A DNA stretch of 57,140 nucleotides from Macrostomum lignano. Its lineage: Eukaryota. Every line of letters starts with the position of its first letter. Positions within the stretch are counted from its first letter, which is position 1. A model generated the notes under the pieces. That model ran no database searches and had not been told where the DNA came from. It was given only the letters and a program-made list of their open reading frames with translations. The position numbers and the translations under genes were made by a program. The stretch spans positions 1-57,140 of the forward strand of contig NIVC01004166.1 of NCBI GenBank assembly GCA_002269645.1, given 5' to 3'. Below are positions 15,701 through 27,700 of this stretch, in pieces.

Positions 15701-18700
15701 CTGAGGATGTCCAGGAGAACTATGCAAATGTGCGAGCACTTCTAGATGAGCTAGACTTGACATCGATTAAGTTCACAGTCGCTTGCGACTTCAAGCTAGC
15801 CAACATCCTGTGTGGCCTTCAAAGTCATGCCGCAGCTCATCCTTGTCTCTACTGTGAGGGGCAGGCGCCGTGGCAAGTTGCCGGTTCCATGAGAACCCTT
15901 GGATCCATTCGTCGGATGGCCACGGCATTCGAGGCTGCTGGTAGCTGCCAGCGACTGGCACTTACTTAACTTAACTTAGCTGCAGGGCGGTCCGAAGACG
16001 CAGCGGGGAGGCGAGCGTCGCCCATTCCGCTAATCCCTGAAAGACCCGCATAGGCTAGGGCGCGGGGCCGGTCAGGGAGGTCTGCCGGTCCTGTCTGCAG
16101 CGTTGTCTTCGGTGGGGAAGACGGAGGCTCGCTTGGTGGCCCGGAGGAACCGGATGAGCCGTGGGATGTTCTCGGGCCGGCAAACGTCGTCCAGGGACGG
16201 GTTGGGCCCGAGGTGGTTGAGCCGGTCTCGGTTGAAGGCCGGGCAGTAGCAGACGAAGTGCATGGCATCTTCATTCTCGAGGCTGCAGAAGGGGCAGAGT
16301 TCACTCCGGCGAACACATCGGAGGAAGCAGTGCCTGGCAAAGCAACCGTGACCTGTGAAGGTCATAGTGAGAGCGCGGATATCTTTTCGATTTTGATTCA
16401 AAAGGATTCTCCGCAGCTTGAGGGACGGATTGGGCACTGCCGCACGAGATTGGCGGCAGTTGGAGATACCATCCCATCTGCGCAAGTGCAGGATGTCCGC
16501 CCAGTCGTTAATCTGACGATTAATGACTGTGGCGGGGATGGGGGCCAGGGGCACGGGGCCAAGGGGCGAGCCGGAACAGCCCGCCTTAGCGAGGGAGTCG
16601 GCGAGCTCGTTACCTTTGAAGCCGGCGTGTCCTGGGATCCACGTGAGCCGGACGGTGTTCCTCCGAGCCAGCTTGTTGAGCTGCCCGATACAGTCGCGGA
16701 CTGTTCGGGAGTTCGTAGTGGTGTGACACAGGGCCTGTAAAGCGGCCTGGCTGTCAGAGTGGAAGAAGATTCTTCTGTCCTTGAAGTCCTTGCGGTGGAG
16801 CTCAGCTGCACAGGAGCTGATGGCAAGGACTTCATTCTGGAAGACGCTGGAGAGTCTGCCAGTGTGTTGGGCGTGAGTAGCAATCACGCGGCCGTTGATA
16901 AGGATGCAGACTCCAAAGCCGGATAAACCGTCTTTGGAGGATCCGTCAGTGAAGCAGTGAACCTCCTGAGGGGCCCAGCTGTCGTTGGCGTTCTCCCTGG
17001 AGGGGATCGTGACCTTGAAGCGTTGGTAGAGGTTGAGGGAGCGCGGTTCAGCGTCCGAAAGGACAGCCGCACTCCCACTCTCCTCCAGAACTTTAAGGCA
17101 CAGGTCAGAGTGCGGCAGGAGCTTGCGCTTCGCCATCGCTCTTTGTGGCTTGAAGCTAACACCAGCCTCGATGAGCCGGCGGGTGGTTTTAGCAGCCTCG
17201 CGACGGACAAAGATGTCCAGAGGCGGGAGGCAGAGAAAGGCGTTGAGGCCGTCAAAGGGAGCAGAGAGCGGGGCATTCAGGATCATGCGGCACGCACGTC
17301 CCTGCACCTTTTTGAGGGCTTCGTGGCAGGTTTTAATCTGCAAGGCGCTGGTCCAGACCAGGCCGGCGTATGTAACGGCCGGTCGGACCATTGCGGTATA
17401 GATCCACCAGAGACGCTTTGGGGTGAGGCCCCAGGTGGTGCCGACGGCTCTGCGCAGCTGCGCAAGAATCGCGAGGGCTTTTTTGGTTTTGGCCTGGACG
17501 TGGGTGGACCAGCTCAGCCGGTGGTCCAGCGTAACGCCGAGACACTTGGTTTGCTTGCAGGATGGAATTTCCACCCCGTAAAGCTTTAGTGGGCGAATAC
17601 GCCAGTTTACCCTGCTGGTGAACATGATCGCGACAGTTTTGGTCTCGGAGAGCCTGAGGCCGCACCTGTCCGCCCAACGTTCAGCAGAGCGAATGAAGTT
17701 TTGCAAAAGATCTCTAAGGGTTTCAGGTGACGGTCCGGATGCCACGGCTGTGACATCATCGGCGTAACCGACCTTGAGGATGGGGTCAAGATGGCTGTCC
17801 TGGAGGAGCTCATCGATGACCATGTTCCAGAGAACTGGAGAGAGGACACCGCCCTGGGGGCTGCCTTTGCAGACGGTTACCGTCCGTTGGTGGCCCAACA
17901 GGTGTGCGGTGGCAGTACGGTGGCTGATCATATACATGATCCACCGGGTGAGGTGCGAGTGGGTTCCTCTAGCACGTAGAGCTCTGTCAAAGGCCTCAAA
18001 GAGGACATTATCGAAGGCTCCAACAATGTCGAGGAAGACAGCGAGAGCGTAGCCATTACCAAGAACGGCTTTCTCCAGCATGTCAACCAGAACGTGAAGC
18101 GCGCTCTCCGTGGACCTGCCTGCCCGAAAGGCATGCTGGTTCTCACTGAGCGGCTTGTTCTTCAGTTCCACAGAGAGGAGGCGCCAGAGCACCAGTCTCT
18201 CTAACAGCTTCACCAATGAGGAGGTGAGGCTAATTGGTCTGAAGGATTTAATGGACCGGTAGTCCGGTCGGCCAGGCTTGGGGATAAAGACCACCTTGGC
18301 CTCGGTCCAGGATTTCGGAACAAAGCCGAGCACAATGCAGGCTTTCAGAAGCCGGCAAAGGTTCCGCAGGAAACCGGTGCATTTCACCGCCTCCCGCAGG
18401 AAGGCTGGCACAACGCCGTCCGGTCCTGGGGATTTGAAGGGTTTGAAGGAGGAGACAGCTTTAGTAACGCGGTCCTCCGTGATGATTGAGTCAGCCAGTA
18501 CGTGTCCGCCCACTGAGTGGTCAGGGGGGCCGGGCCTAGCTGGCTCGTTCGGGAAAAACGCTGTTAGCATCGCTTCCAGTGTTTCTCCTGGGTTCTCAGT
18601 GAGCGAGCCGTCGGCTCTCTTGACTGAGGAGAGTTTGGACATTTTGTCCAGGGTGAGGGCTTTAACGATTCTGGAGGTGGGGCGGGAGCCCTCAAGTTCC

Positions 18701-21700
18701 TCACAGTATTCGCGCCACTTGTTGGTTTTGGCGTTCCTAACCTGCCTCTTGAACTCGTGGATAGAGTTCAGGTAGGCGGTTTGGTCGGCCGGGTTTTTAG
18801 TTTTTTGGGCCCTGCGGTGAAGCCTTTTGGCTCTGCGACGGAGGTCGCCAAGCTGCGGGTTCCACCATGGGGCCGACTGTTTGCCTTTATATGCCTTTAG
18901 TGGGCATGAGGCTTCGAAGGCAGCAGTGAGCGAGTCCGTAAGTGCGGCCGCAAATTCATCTGCTTCTTCGCAGGTGTTGATGGAGACTGGAGCGCTAGTG
19001 CAACGATAGGTCTCCTCCAGGGCAAGCCTGAAGGCGGTCCAGTCGGTATTCCTAGCATTCCGTTTCCAGTAAAGCTGGCCTGCGTTACGGGCGCTGGCCA
19101 GCGTGAAAGAGATGAACTTGTGATCGGAGAGGGACGCCTCAGGAAGCACCCGCCATTCCCTAGTGCTCTGGAAGAGCCTGGGCGTGGCGAGGGTGGCATC
19201 CAGCACCTCCGATCGGCGTCCGTTATTGAAGGTAGGGGTACTACCCGAGTTACAGAACTCAAGGGTTGTAGTAGCAATATAAGCCAGGAAGTCTTCACCT
19301 CTCTGGTTTATATCAGAACTGCCCCAGTGGGTGTGGTGGGCATTGATGTCACCTGCCACGAGCAGCTCATAGTTTCTGGTGGAGCAGAGCTCGACCAGTG
19401 TGACAAGCTCTACTGGGATCATCTCGCCGTCGCCCGGTAGGTAAACCGAGGCGATGAGGGTAGTCCTCCCAGGGAGTATGTCTTCAGACTGGATGACACA
19501 GATGTCCCTGGTGGACAGGTCTGATCTGAGCCATGCGTTAATAGAACTGGACACCATGATGCAGGATCTTGGTGCCAGGTTTCCCTCCCGGGTACCAGCG
19601 GTTAAACACTGGTAGCCGGTGGGGACATGTTGGGGGCTGCCCCTAAGCGTCCAAGGTTCCTGGATAAGGATAATCCCTGGCACGTATTGGTCAGTGTGCT
19701 TCAAGAGGTTGACTGAAGCAGCAATGCTGTGCTGCAGGTTGACCTGCAAGCAGTGGATGCCCTGGGAGACAGTCATGTCTACTGTCCAGGGGAGGAGAAA
19801 AGCAACTCATTCTCAGCCTCATCGGTGAGAGTTGAGTCGCCAATTTCCATTGGCTCAGGCTCAGCCGCCTCCCCAGCCGCCGCGGAGGCGGACACGGCGC
19901 CCACGGCAGGTGAGTCACCTAGCCGCGCTACACCGCCCTCCTCCCAGCGACTGGGGTACGGCTGCTGCCTTCGCCTTGCGCCCCGCCGTCGGGAGTCTGA
20001 GCTCGGCCGGCAGCGTCCTCCTGGTGGTAATCCCACCAGTTGGAAGGCTGAGCCGTGCCGTCGTCCAGTTCCCTCGGCTGGCTTTCAGTGTTTTTTCGAG
20101 CGGCACGAGTCTGCTCGAGGTGAAGTCTCAGAGACTGAGCTTCGTCAAGTGCGCGCTGGATTAGACCGGACCGCCGGCTACTGCGGGCGGGTCTACGTCC
20201 GCGCGAGGCGGACTCAGCAGCGCGAATAGCCTTGTTAGGCTCGGGATCGGGTTGCTGCTGCCGCTTGGCCGGCGGGGCATGAGCCCCAGCTCCGGGAGCG
20301 GCGCGCTTCCCGTCTTTCTTGGTCTCCACCTTGCCCTCCTCACAGCGGAGGATGGTCAGTTGATGGAGACCAAGGTGGAGGTTTGTGCCGTGCGGTAGCC
20401 GCTTGGCCCATCCCTCCGTCAGGCCGAGGATGACTGTGGCCCCGGTCGTGCCCTTGCGGACCGTGCTGTGGTACACAAGACCACTGGCGTCGAGATCCGG
20501 GTGCCGCTTGAGCAGGAGCTGCCGCAGCTGCTCCCCGGACTTGATTGCACTGTCGGCCGGGACCCAAATCCGATGGCGGATGGTCTTCGGCCGCTCGCTC
20601 TCCAAGGCGAAGGTCAGCTGGCCCAGGTCGCTGTGCCAGTCGAACTTGGGCAGCTGATCCCGCAGGAGCTGGGTGCTCTCCTCGGATTTGCACCACAGTA
20701 GGATGCACCCGTTCGCCTTGGTGGACTTGACGATGTCCACGAAGACGCCCTCCAGGGTTAGATTGAGCAAGCCCTCGTCGATGGTACGCCACGCGACGTC
20801 GAGCTGCTCGGGCGTCAGGTCGAAATCCCCGCCGAGGATCATCACGGCGGGTTGCAGCGGCTGCTTGACCTTGGACGCGTAGGACTCGGAGGTCTTGAGC
20901 GGGGCCGCTTTGTCTTTGGAAGGCGGTAGGCCGGCAGGGTTGCCCCCTGAGAGCCCGAGGACACGGCGGTTCCTGACGGCCCAGCCGCGCCACCGGACTC
21001 CCCAGAGGGCCTCCCCGCTGCGGTGGCTCCCGAAGGCCTCACCGCGGCTTGCGTGCCCTCCTCAGACGCAGCAGCAGCCCGCTTCTCCTGCCGCTTACGG
21101 TTGCGGCGGATGTTCCGCTGTCGTCGAGACTCGGCCGTGCGCGGTCGGCTAGACTGGCGGCCAGGGTGATCGGCGGCAGCGTCAGCTGGCCCGGTTGGAC
21201 CAGGTTGGGCGTTGGTGCTACCAGTGGTAGCTACCGGAGCGGCTGATCCCGGTGAGCCAGAGGCGACCGGGTCAGTTTCTTTAGGGATGGTGGCGTTAGT
21301 GGCCATAGCTGAAAAGCGGGGGAGGGCTACTCGTTATGCGAGTTGAGTACCCGACTGGCCGACACCTCAAGCCAGCCGGTTTGAAAAAAGGACCGCTAGC
21401 GACCGGACTACTCCCCGGCCTTCCAGCCCATCGGCACGGTCAAACACCTTAGGCATTAGAGGGTACGTTAAGCAGTACCACGGCCTGCAGGCTGGTGAGC
21501 CAGACCCGCATACCCAAATTCGGCCGAAGCCACTGGATAGGGTCGCCAGCGCCGGAGCCCAGTCTGTCCAGCAGCCCTAGGGTCTGCCTTGAACACACGC
21601 GGGGACGAGTACCCCTGGGTCGACTTGCGAGACAGCGTGGGGGAGTCTGCGGCTGCCAGAGGCAAATAGAGGGTGCAGACCTCCCACCAGCCTTGACCTG

Positions 21701-24700
21701 CTGAAGATGGGGGCAGGCGTGAAGCATCGCAGACCTTAGCTCGTAGGCCTAGTCTGTCTCATACTTCACTGGCATGCTGAATACGCCTTCGCGTGCCAGC
21801 GACTGGCAAGAAACTACGCAAGCTGTGTCAGACGGCCTCTTCTCCCTGGGGCTGATTCTACGCCAATGCTGGACCTCGTGCCACCACCAGAGCTGCACAT
21901 CATGCTTGGTGTGACCAACAAACTGCTCGATCAGCTGAACTCAGCTTGGGGCGACGACAAGGCATACAAGTGGGCGCATTCAGCTGGAATCTGTCGCGAG
22001 CAGTACCACGGCGGGTGTCTGGAAGGCCCTGCGTGTGTCAGATTGCTGCTTAAAGCTCAAGAGCTCAAGAGCAACCTGCCATCAAGGCTCCAGGGCTATG
22101 CGTCTGCTCTTATGGCATTCGATGCTGTTCGCCAAGCATGCTTTGGGCAACAGCTGATGAGCGACTTTTGCCAGAAGATTGCCCAGCTGGAATCCTGCTG
22201 CGCTGAACTGAAGCTGGTGCCGACACCTAAGATGCACGCCCTTTTCCACCATGTTCCGGAGTTCTGCGAGCGATTCAACTCAGGCCTTGGGACCTTCAGT
22301 GAGCAGGCAGTCGAGTCTGCACACAGCGACTTTCGTTTGACGTGGCAGCGGTTTCGCAGGCCTCTGGGGCATGTGCAGTATGCAGAATGCCTGCTGCGCG
22401 CAGTTGTTAGCTACAATTCCAGCCATATTTGATGTCAAGCATTTTTATGCCTGCCAAGATTTCTAGGATTTAGCTTGTGTACTTAACATCCATGCGCACT
22501 TTATTCCATACGGACATTAGCAATAATAAGTGCATGGTTCTCATTTTATAATATTAATACTAATACATTTGCACGTTCCTTTAATGATTAAAAATAATAT
22601 TAAAACTACGAACTTATATTAACATTAATATTATCGATGGGTTTCGCCTTAAATACCTATCATATTACATGTAATTTGCATATAATATAAAAAATTCATA
22701 TTACCATTTTTGACAAGGCGATTAGATTTGTCTGACACTGTTTTTGAAATCTGCATAGGTCCTTGGGGCTGCGAAAAGCATCAGTTTCTTTGGGAATTTT
22801 CTTTCCCCATTTTTCAGCTTCTGCATAGGCGTGCAATGATACTGAGATAATTCTGCTGGGATTACAATGACACTGATATAATCCTGCTGGGATTGCAATA
22901 ACACTGAGATAATCCTGCTGGGATTGCAATGATACTGAGATAATCCTGCTGGGATTGCAATGATACTGAGATAATCCTGCTGGGATTGCAATGACACTGA
23001 GATAATCCTGCTGGGATTGCAATGATACTGAGATAATCCTGCTGGGATTGCAATGACACTGAGATAATCCTGCTGGGATTGCAATGATACTGAGATAATC
23101 CTGCTGGGATTGCAATGACACTGAGATAATCCTGCTGGGATTGCAATGATACTGAGATAATCCTGCTGGGATTGCAATGATACTGAGATAATCCTGCTGG
23201 GATTGCAATGATACTGAGATAATCCTGCTGGGATTGCAATGATACTGAGATAATCCTGCTGGGATTGCAATTACACTGAGATAATCCTTCTGGGATTGCA
23301 ATGATACTGAGATAATCCTGCTGGGATTGCAATGATACTGAGATAATCCTGCTGGGATTGCAATGATACTGAGATAATCCTGCTGGGATTGCAATGACAC
23401 TGGGATAATCCTGCTGGGATTGCAATGACACTGAGATAATCCTGCTGGGATTGCAATGATACTGAGATAATCCTGCCGGGATTGCAATGATACTGAGATA
23501 ATCCTGCTGGGATTGCAATGACACTATGATAATCCTGCTGGGATTGCAATGACAGATAATCCTGCTGGGATTGCAATGGCACTGAGATAATCCTGCTGGG
23601 ATTGCAATGACACTGGGATAATCCTGCTGGGATTGCAATAACACTGAGATAATCCCACTGGGATTGCAATGACACTGAGATAATCCTGCTGGGATTGCAA
23701 TGATACTGAGATAATCCTGCTGGGATTGCAATGATACTGAGATAATCCTGCTGGGATTGCAATGACATTGAGATAATCCTACTGGGATTGCAATGATACT
23801 GAGATAATCCCCACTGGGATTGCAATGATACTAAGATAATCCTGCTGGGATTGCAATGACACTGAGATAATCCTGCTGGGATTGCAATGACACAGATAAT
23901 CCTGCTGGGATTACAATGACACTGAGATAATCCTGCTGGGATTGCAATGACACAGATAATCCTGCTGGGATTGCAATGACATTGAGATAATCCTACTGGG
24001 ATTGCAATGACAGATAATCCTGCTGGGATTCTAATGGCACTGAGATAATCCTGCTGGGATTGCAATGACACTGGGATAATCCTGCTGGGATTGCAATGAC
24101 ACTGAGATAATCCTTCTGGGATTGCAATGGCACTGAGATAATCCTGCTGGGATTGCAATGACACTGGGATAATCCTGCTGGGATTGCAATGGCACTGAGA
24201 TAATCCTGCTGGGATTGCAATGACAGATAATCCTGCTGGGATTGCAATGGCACTGAGATAATCCTGCTGGGATTGCAATGACACTGGGATAATCCTGCTG
24301 GGATTGCAATGACACTGAGATAATCCTGCTGGGATTGCAATGATACTGAGATAATCCTGCTGGGATTGCAATGATACTGAGATAATCCTGCTGGGATTGC
24401 AATGATACTGAGATAATCCTGCTGGGATTGCAATGACACTGAGATAATCCTGCTGGGATTGCAATGATACTGAGATAATCCTGCTGGGATTGCAATGATA
24501 CTGAGATAATCCTGCTGGGATTGCAATGACACTGAGATAATCCTGCTGGGATTGCAATGATACTGAGATAATCCTGCTGGGATTGCAATGACACTGAGAT
24601 AATCCTGCTGGGATTGCAATGATACTGAGATAATCCTGCTGGGATTGCAATGACACTGAGATAATCCTGCTGGGATTGCAATGATACTGAGATAATCCTG

Positions 24701-27700
24701 CTGGGATTGCAATGATACTGAGATAATCCTGCTGGGATTGCAATGATACTGAGATAATCCTGCTGGGATTGCAATGATACTGAGATAATCCTGCTGGGAT
24801 TGCAATTACACTGAGATAATCCTTCTGGGATTGCAATGATACTGAGATAATCCTGCTGGGATTGCAATGATACTGAGATAATCCTGCTGGGATTGCAATG
24901 ATACTGAGATAATCCTGCTGGGATTGCAATGACACTGGGATAATCCTGCTGGGATTGCAATGACACTGAGATAATCCTGCTGGGTTTGCAATGATACTGA
25001 GATAATCCCACTGGGATTGCAATGATACTAAGATAATCCTGCTGGGATTGCAATGACACTGAGATAATCCTGCTGGGATTGCAATGACACAGATAATCCT
25101 GCTGGGATTACAATGACACTGAGATAATCCTGCTGGGATTGCAATGACACAGATAATCCTGCTGGGATTGCAATGACATTGAGATAATCCTACTGGGATT
25201 GCAATGACAGATAATCCTGCTGGGATTCTAATGGCACTGAGATAATCCTGCTGGGATTGCAATGACACTGGGATAATCCTGCTGGGATTGCAATGACACT
25301 GAGATAATCCTTCTGGGATTGCAATGGCACTGAGATAATCCTGCTGGGATTGCAATGACACTGGGATAATCCTGCTGGGATTGCAATGGCACTGAGATAA
25401 TCCTGCTGGGATTGCAATGACAGATAATCCTGCTGGGATTGCAATGGCACTGAGATAATCCTGCTGGGATTGCAATGACACTGGATAATCCTGCTGGGAT
25501 TGCAATGACACTGAGATAATCCTGCTGGGATTGCAATGATACTGAGATAATCCTGCTGGGATTGCAATGATACTGAGATAATCCTGCTGGGATTGCAATG
25601 ATACTGAGATAATCCTGCTGGGATTGCAATGACACTGAGATAATCCTGCTGGGATTGCAATGATACTGAGATAATCCTGCTGGGATTGCAATGATACTGA
25701 GATAATCCTGCTGGGATTGCAATGACACTGAGATAATCCTGCTGGGATTGCAATGATACTGAGATAATCCTGCTGGGATTGCAATGACACTGAGATAATC
25801 CTGCTGGGATTGCAATGATACTGAGATAATCCTGCTGGGATTGCAATGACACTGAGATAATCCTGCTGGGATTGCAATGATACTGAGATAATCCTGCTGG
25901 GATTGCAATGATACTGAGATAATCCTGCTGGGATTGCAATGACATTGAGATAATCCTGCTGGGATTGCAATGACACTATGATAATCCTGCTGGGATTGCA
26001 ATGACAGATAATCCTGCTGGGATTGCAATGGCACTGAGATAATCCTGCTGGGATTGCAATGACACTGGGATAATCCTGCTGGGATTGCAATAACACTGAG
26101 ATAATCCCACTGGGATTGCAATGACACTGAGATAATCCTGCTGGGATTGCAATGATACTGAGATAATCCTGCTGGGATTGCAATGATACTGAGATAATCC
26201 TGCTGGGATTGCAATGACATTGAGATAATCCTACTGGGATTGCAATGATACTGAGATAATCCCACTGGGATTGCAATGATACTAAGATAATCCTGCTGGG
26301 ATTGCAATGACACTGAGATAATCCTGCTGGGATTGCAATGACACAGATAATCCTGCTGGGATTACAATGACACTGAGATAATCCTGCTGGGATTGCAATG
26401 ACACAGATAATCCTGCTGGGATTGCAATGACATTGAGATAATCCTACTGGGATTGCAATGACAGATAATCCTGCTGGGATTCTAATGGCACTGAGATAAT
26501 CCTGCTGGGATTGCAATGACACTGGGATAATCCTGCTGGGATTGCAATGACACTGAGATAATCCTTCTGGGATTGCAATGGCACTGAGATAATCCTGCTG
26601 GGATTGCAATGACACTGGGATAATCCTGCTGGGATTGCAATGGCACTGAGATAATCCTGCTGGGATTGCAATGACAGATAATCCTGCTGGGATTGCAATG
26701 GCACTGAGATAATCCTGCTGGGATTGCAATAACACTGGGATAATCCTGCTGGGATTGCAATAACACTGAGATAATCCTGCTGGGATTGCAATGACACTGA
26801 GATAATCCTGCTGGGATTGCAATGATACTGAGATAATCCTGCTGGGATTGCAATGATACTGAGATAATCCTGCTGGGATTGCAATGATACTGAGATAATC
26901 CTGCTGGGATTGCAATGACACTGAGATAATCCTGCTGGGATTGCAATGATACTGAGATAATCCTGCTGGGATTGCAATGACACTGAGATAATCCTGCTGG
27001 GATTGCAATGACACTGAGATAATCCTGCTGGGATTGCAATGATACTGGGATAATCCTGCTGGGATTGCAATGATACTGGGATAATCCTGCTGGGATTGCA
27101 ATGATACTGGGATAATCCTGCTGGGATTGCAATGATACTGAGATAATCCTGCTGGGATTGCAATGACATTGAGATAATCCTGCTGGGATTGCAATGACAC
27201 TGAGATAATCCTGCTGGGATTGCAATGATACTGAGATAATCCTGCCGGGATTGCAATGATACTGAGATAATCCTGCTGGGATTGCAATGACACTGAGATA
27301 ATCCTGCTGGGATTGCAATGACACTGAGATAATCCTGCTGGGATTGCAATGACACTGAGATAATCCTGCTGGGATTGCAATGATACTGGGATAATCCTGC
27401 TGGGATTGCAATGATACTGGGATAATCCTGCTGGGATTGCAATGATACTGGGATAATCCTGCTGGGATTGCAATGACACAGGAGCTGGGAATACAATGAC
27501 ACTGAGACAAAGAACTCACGAGGTGGCACCCAGCAGGAAGGAGGCGGCATGGCTGATCCAGCTTAGTAGCACAGAGCCGTCGCGCACCAGGCGAGTCTTG
27601 CGCAGACTGAGAAAGCGCCAGATTTGAAATTGGCGCGAGCCTGCCGTCTGGGAGCTGAAAAAATACCGCTCATTTATATCACGATTTGAGCTACTTATAG

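Larger units (their letters stand above)
15961..21796 (-). mobile_element. Full-length non-LTR retrotransposon, I group (probably Loa clade)
   Basis: 15-bp direct repeat TGCCAGCGACTGGCA at 15946-15960 and 21794-21808; (TAAGT)-like tail at 15961-15978; ~490-nt 5' UTR; ORF1 and ORF2. Confidence 0.95.
14016..22833 (+). mobile_element. Chapaev-type (CMC/Transib-related) DNA transposon, ~2970 bp after removing the nested LINE
   Basis: 122-bp TIRs at 14016-14137 and 22712-22833 (CACGCCTATGCAGAAGCTG..., 5 mismatches, first 42 bp identical). CAC...GTG termini and a 4-bp TSD CAAT (14012-14015, 22834-22837) that restores the satellite unit. A 4-bp TSD with CAC/GTG ends is the described Chapaev hallmark. 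Confidence 0.9.

Noticed and set aside
16213-21246. Many overlapping plus-strand and alternate-frame ORFs within the LINE
   Set aside because: They are shadows of GC-rich ORF1/ORF2 with no recognisable motifs.
21690-21730. Hammerhead-like CTGAAGA...GAA on the plus strand
   Set aside because: It is antisense to the element, reads CTGAAAA in the second copy, and lacks the three stems.
14016-22833. Transib/ProtoRAG assignment with 12/23 RSS ends
   Set aside because: The TSD is 4 bp with symmetric CAC/GTG ends, both TIRs have the same spacing, there is no CACAGTG heptamer at the termini, and no RAG2-like ORF is seen.
23271-27479. 1402-aa ORF and the other SQQDYLSIIAIPAGL ORFs (12851-14014, 22696-27550)
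   Set aside because: They are translations of the 31-bp satellite, whose minus strand lacks stops; the same peptide cycles through all three frames, and the region is a BNIP3 intron.
12875-27480. CRISPR-like look of the 31-bp partly palindromic repeat
   Set aside because: Units are directly adjacent with no unique spacers, there are no cas genes, and the context is eukaryotic.
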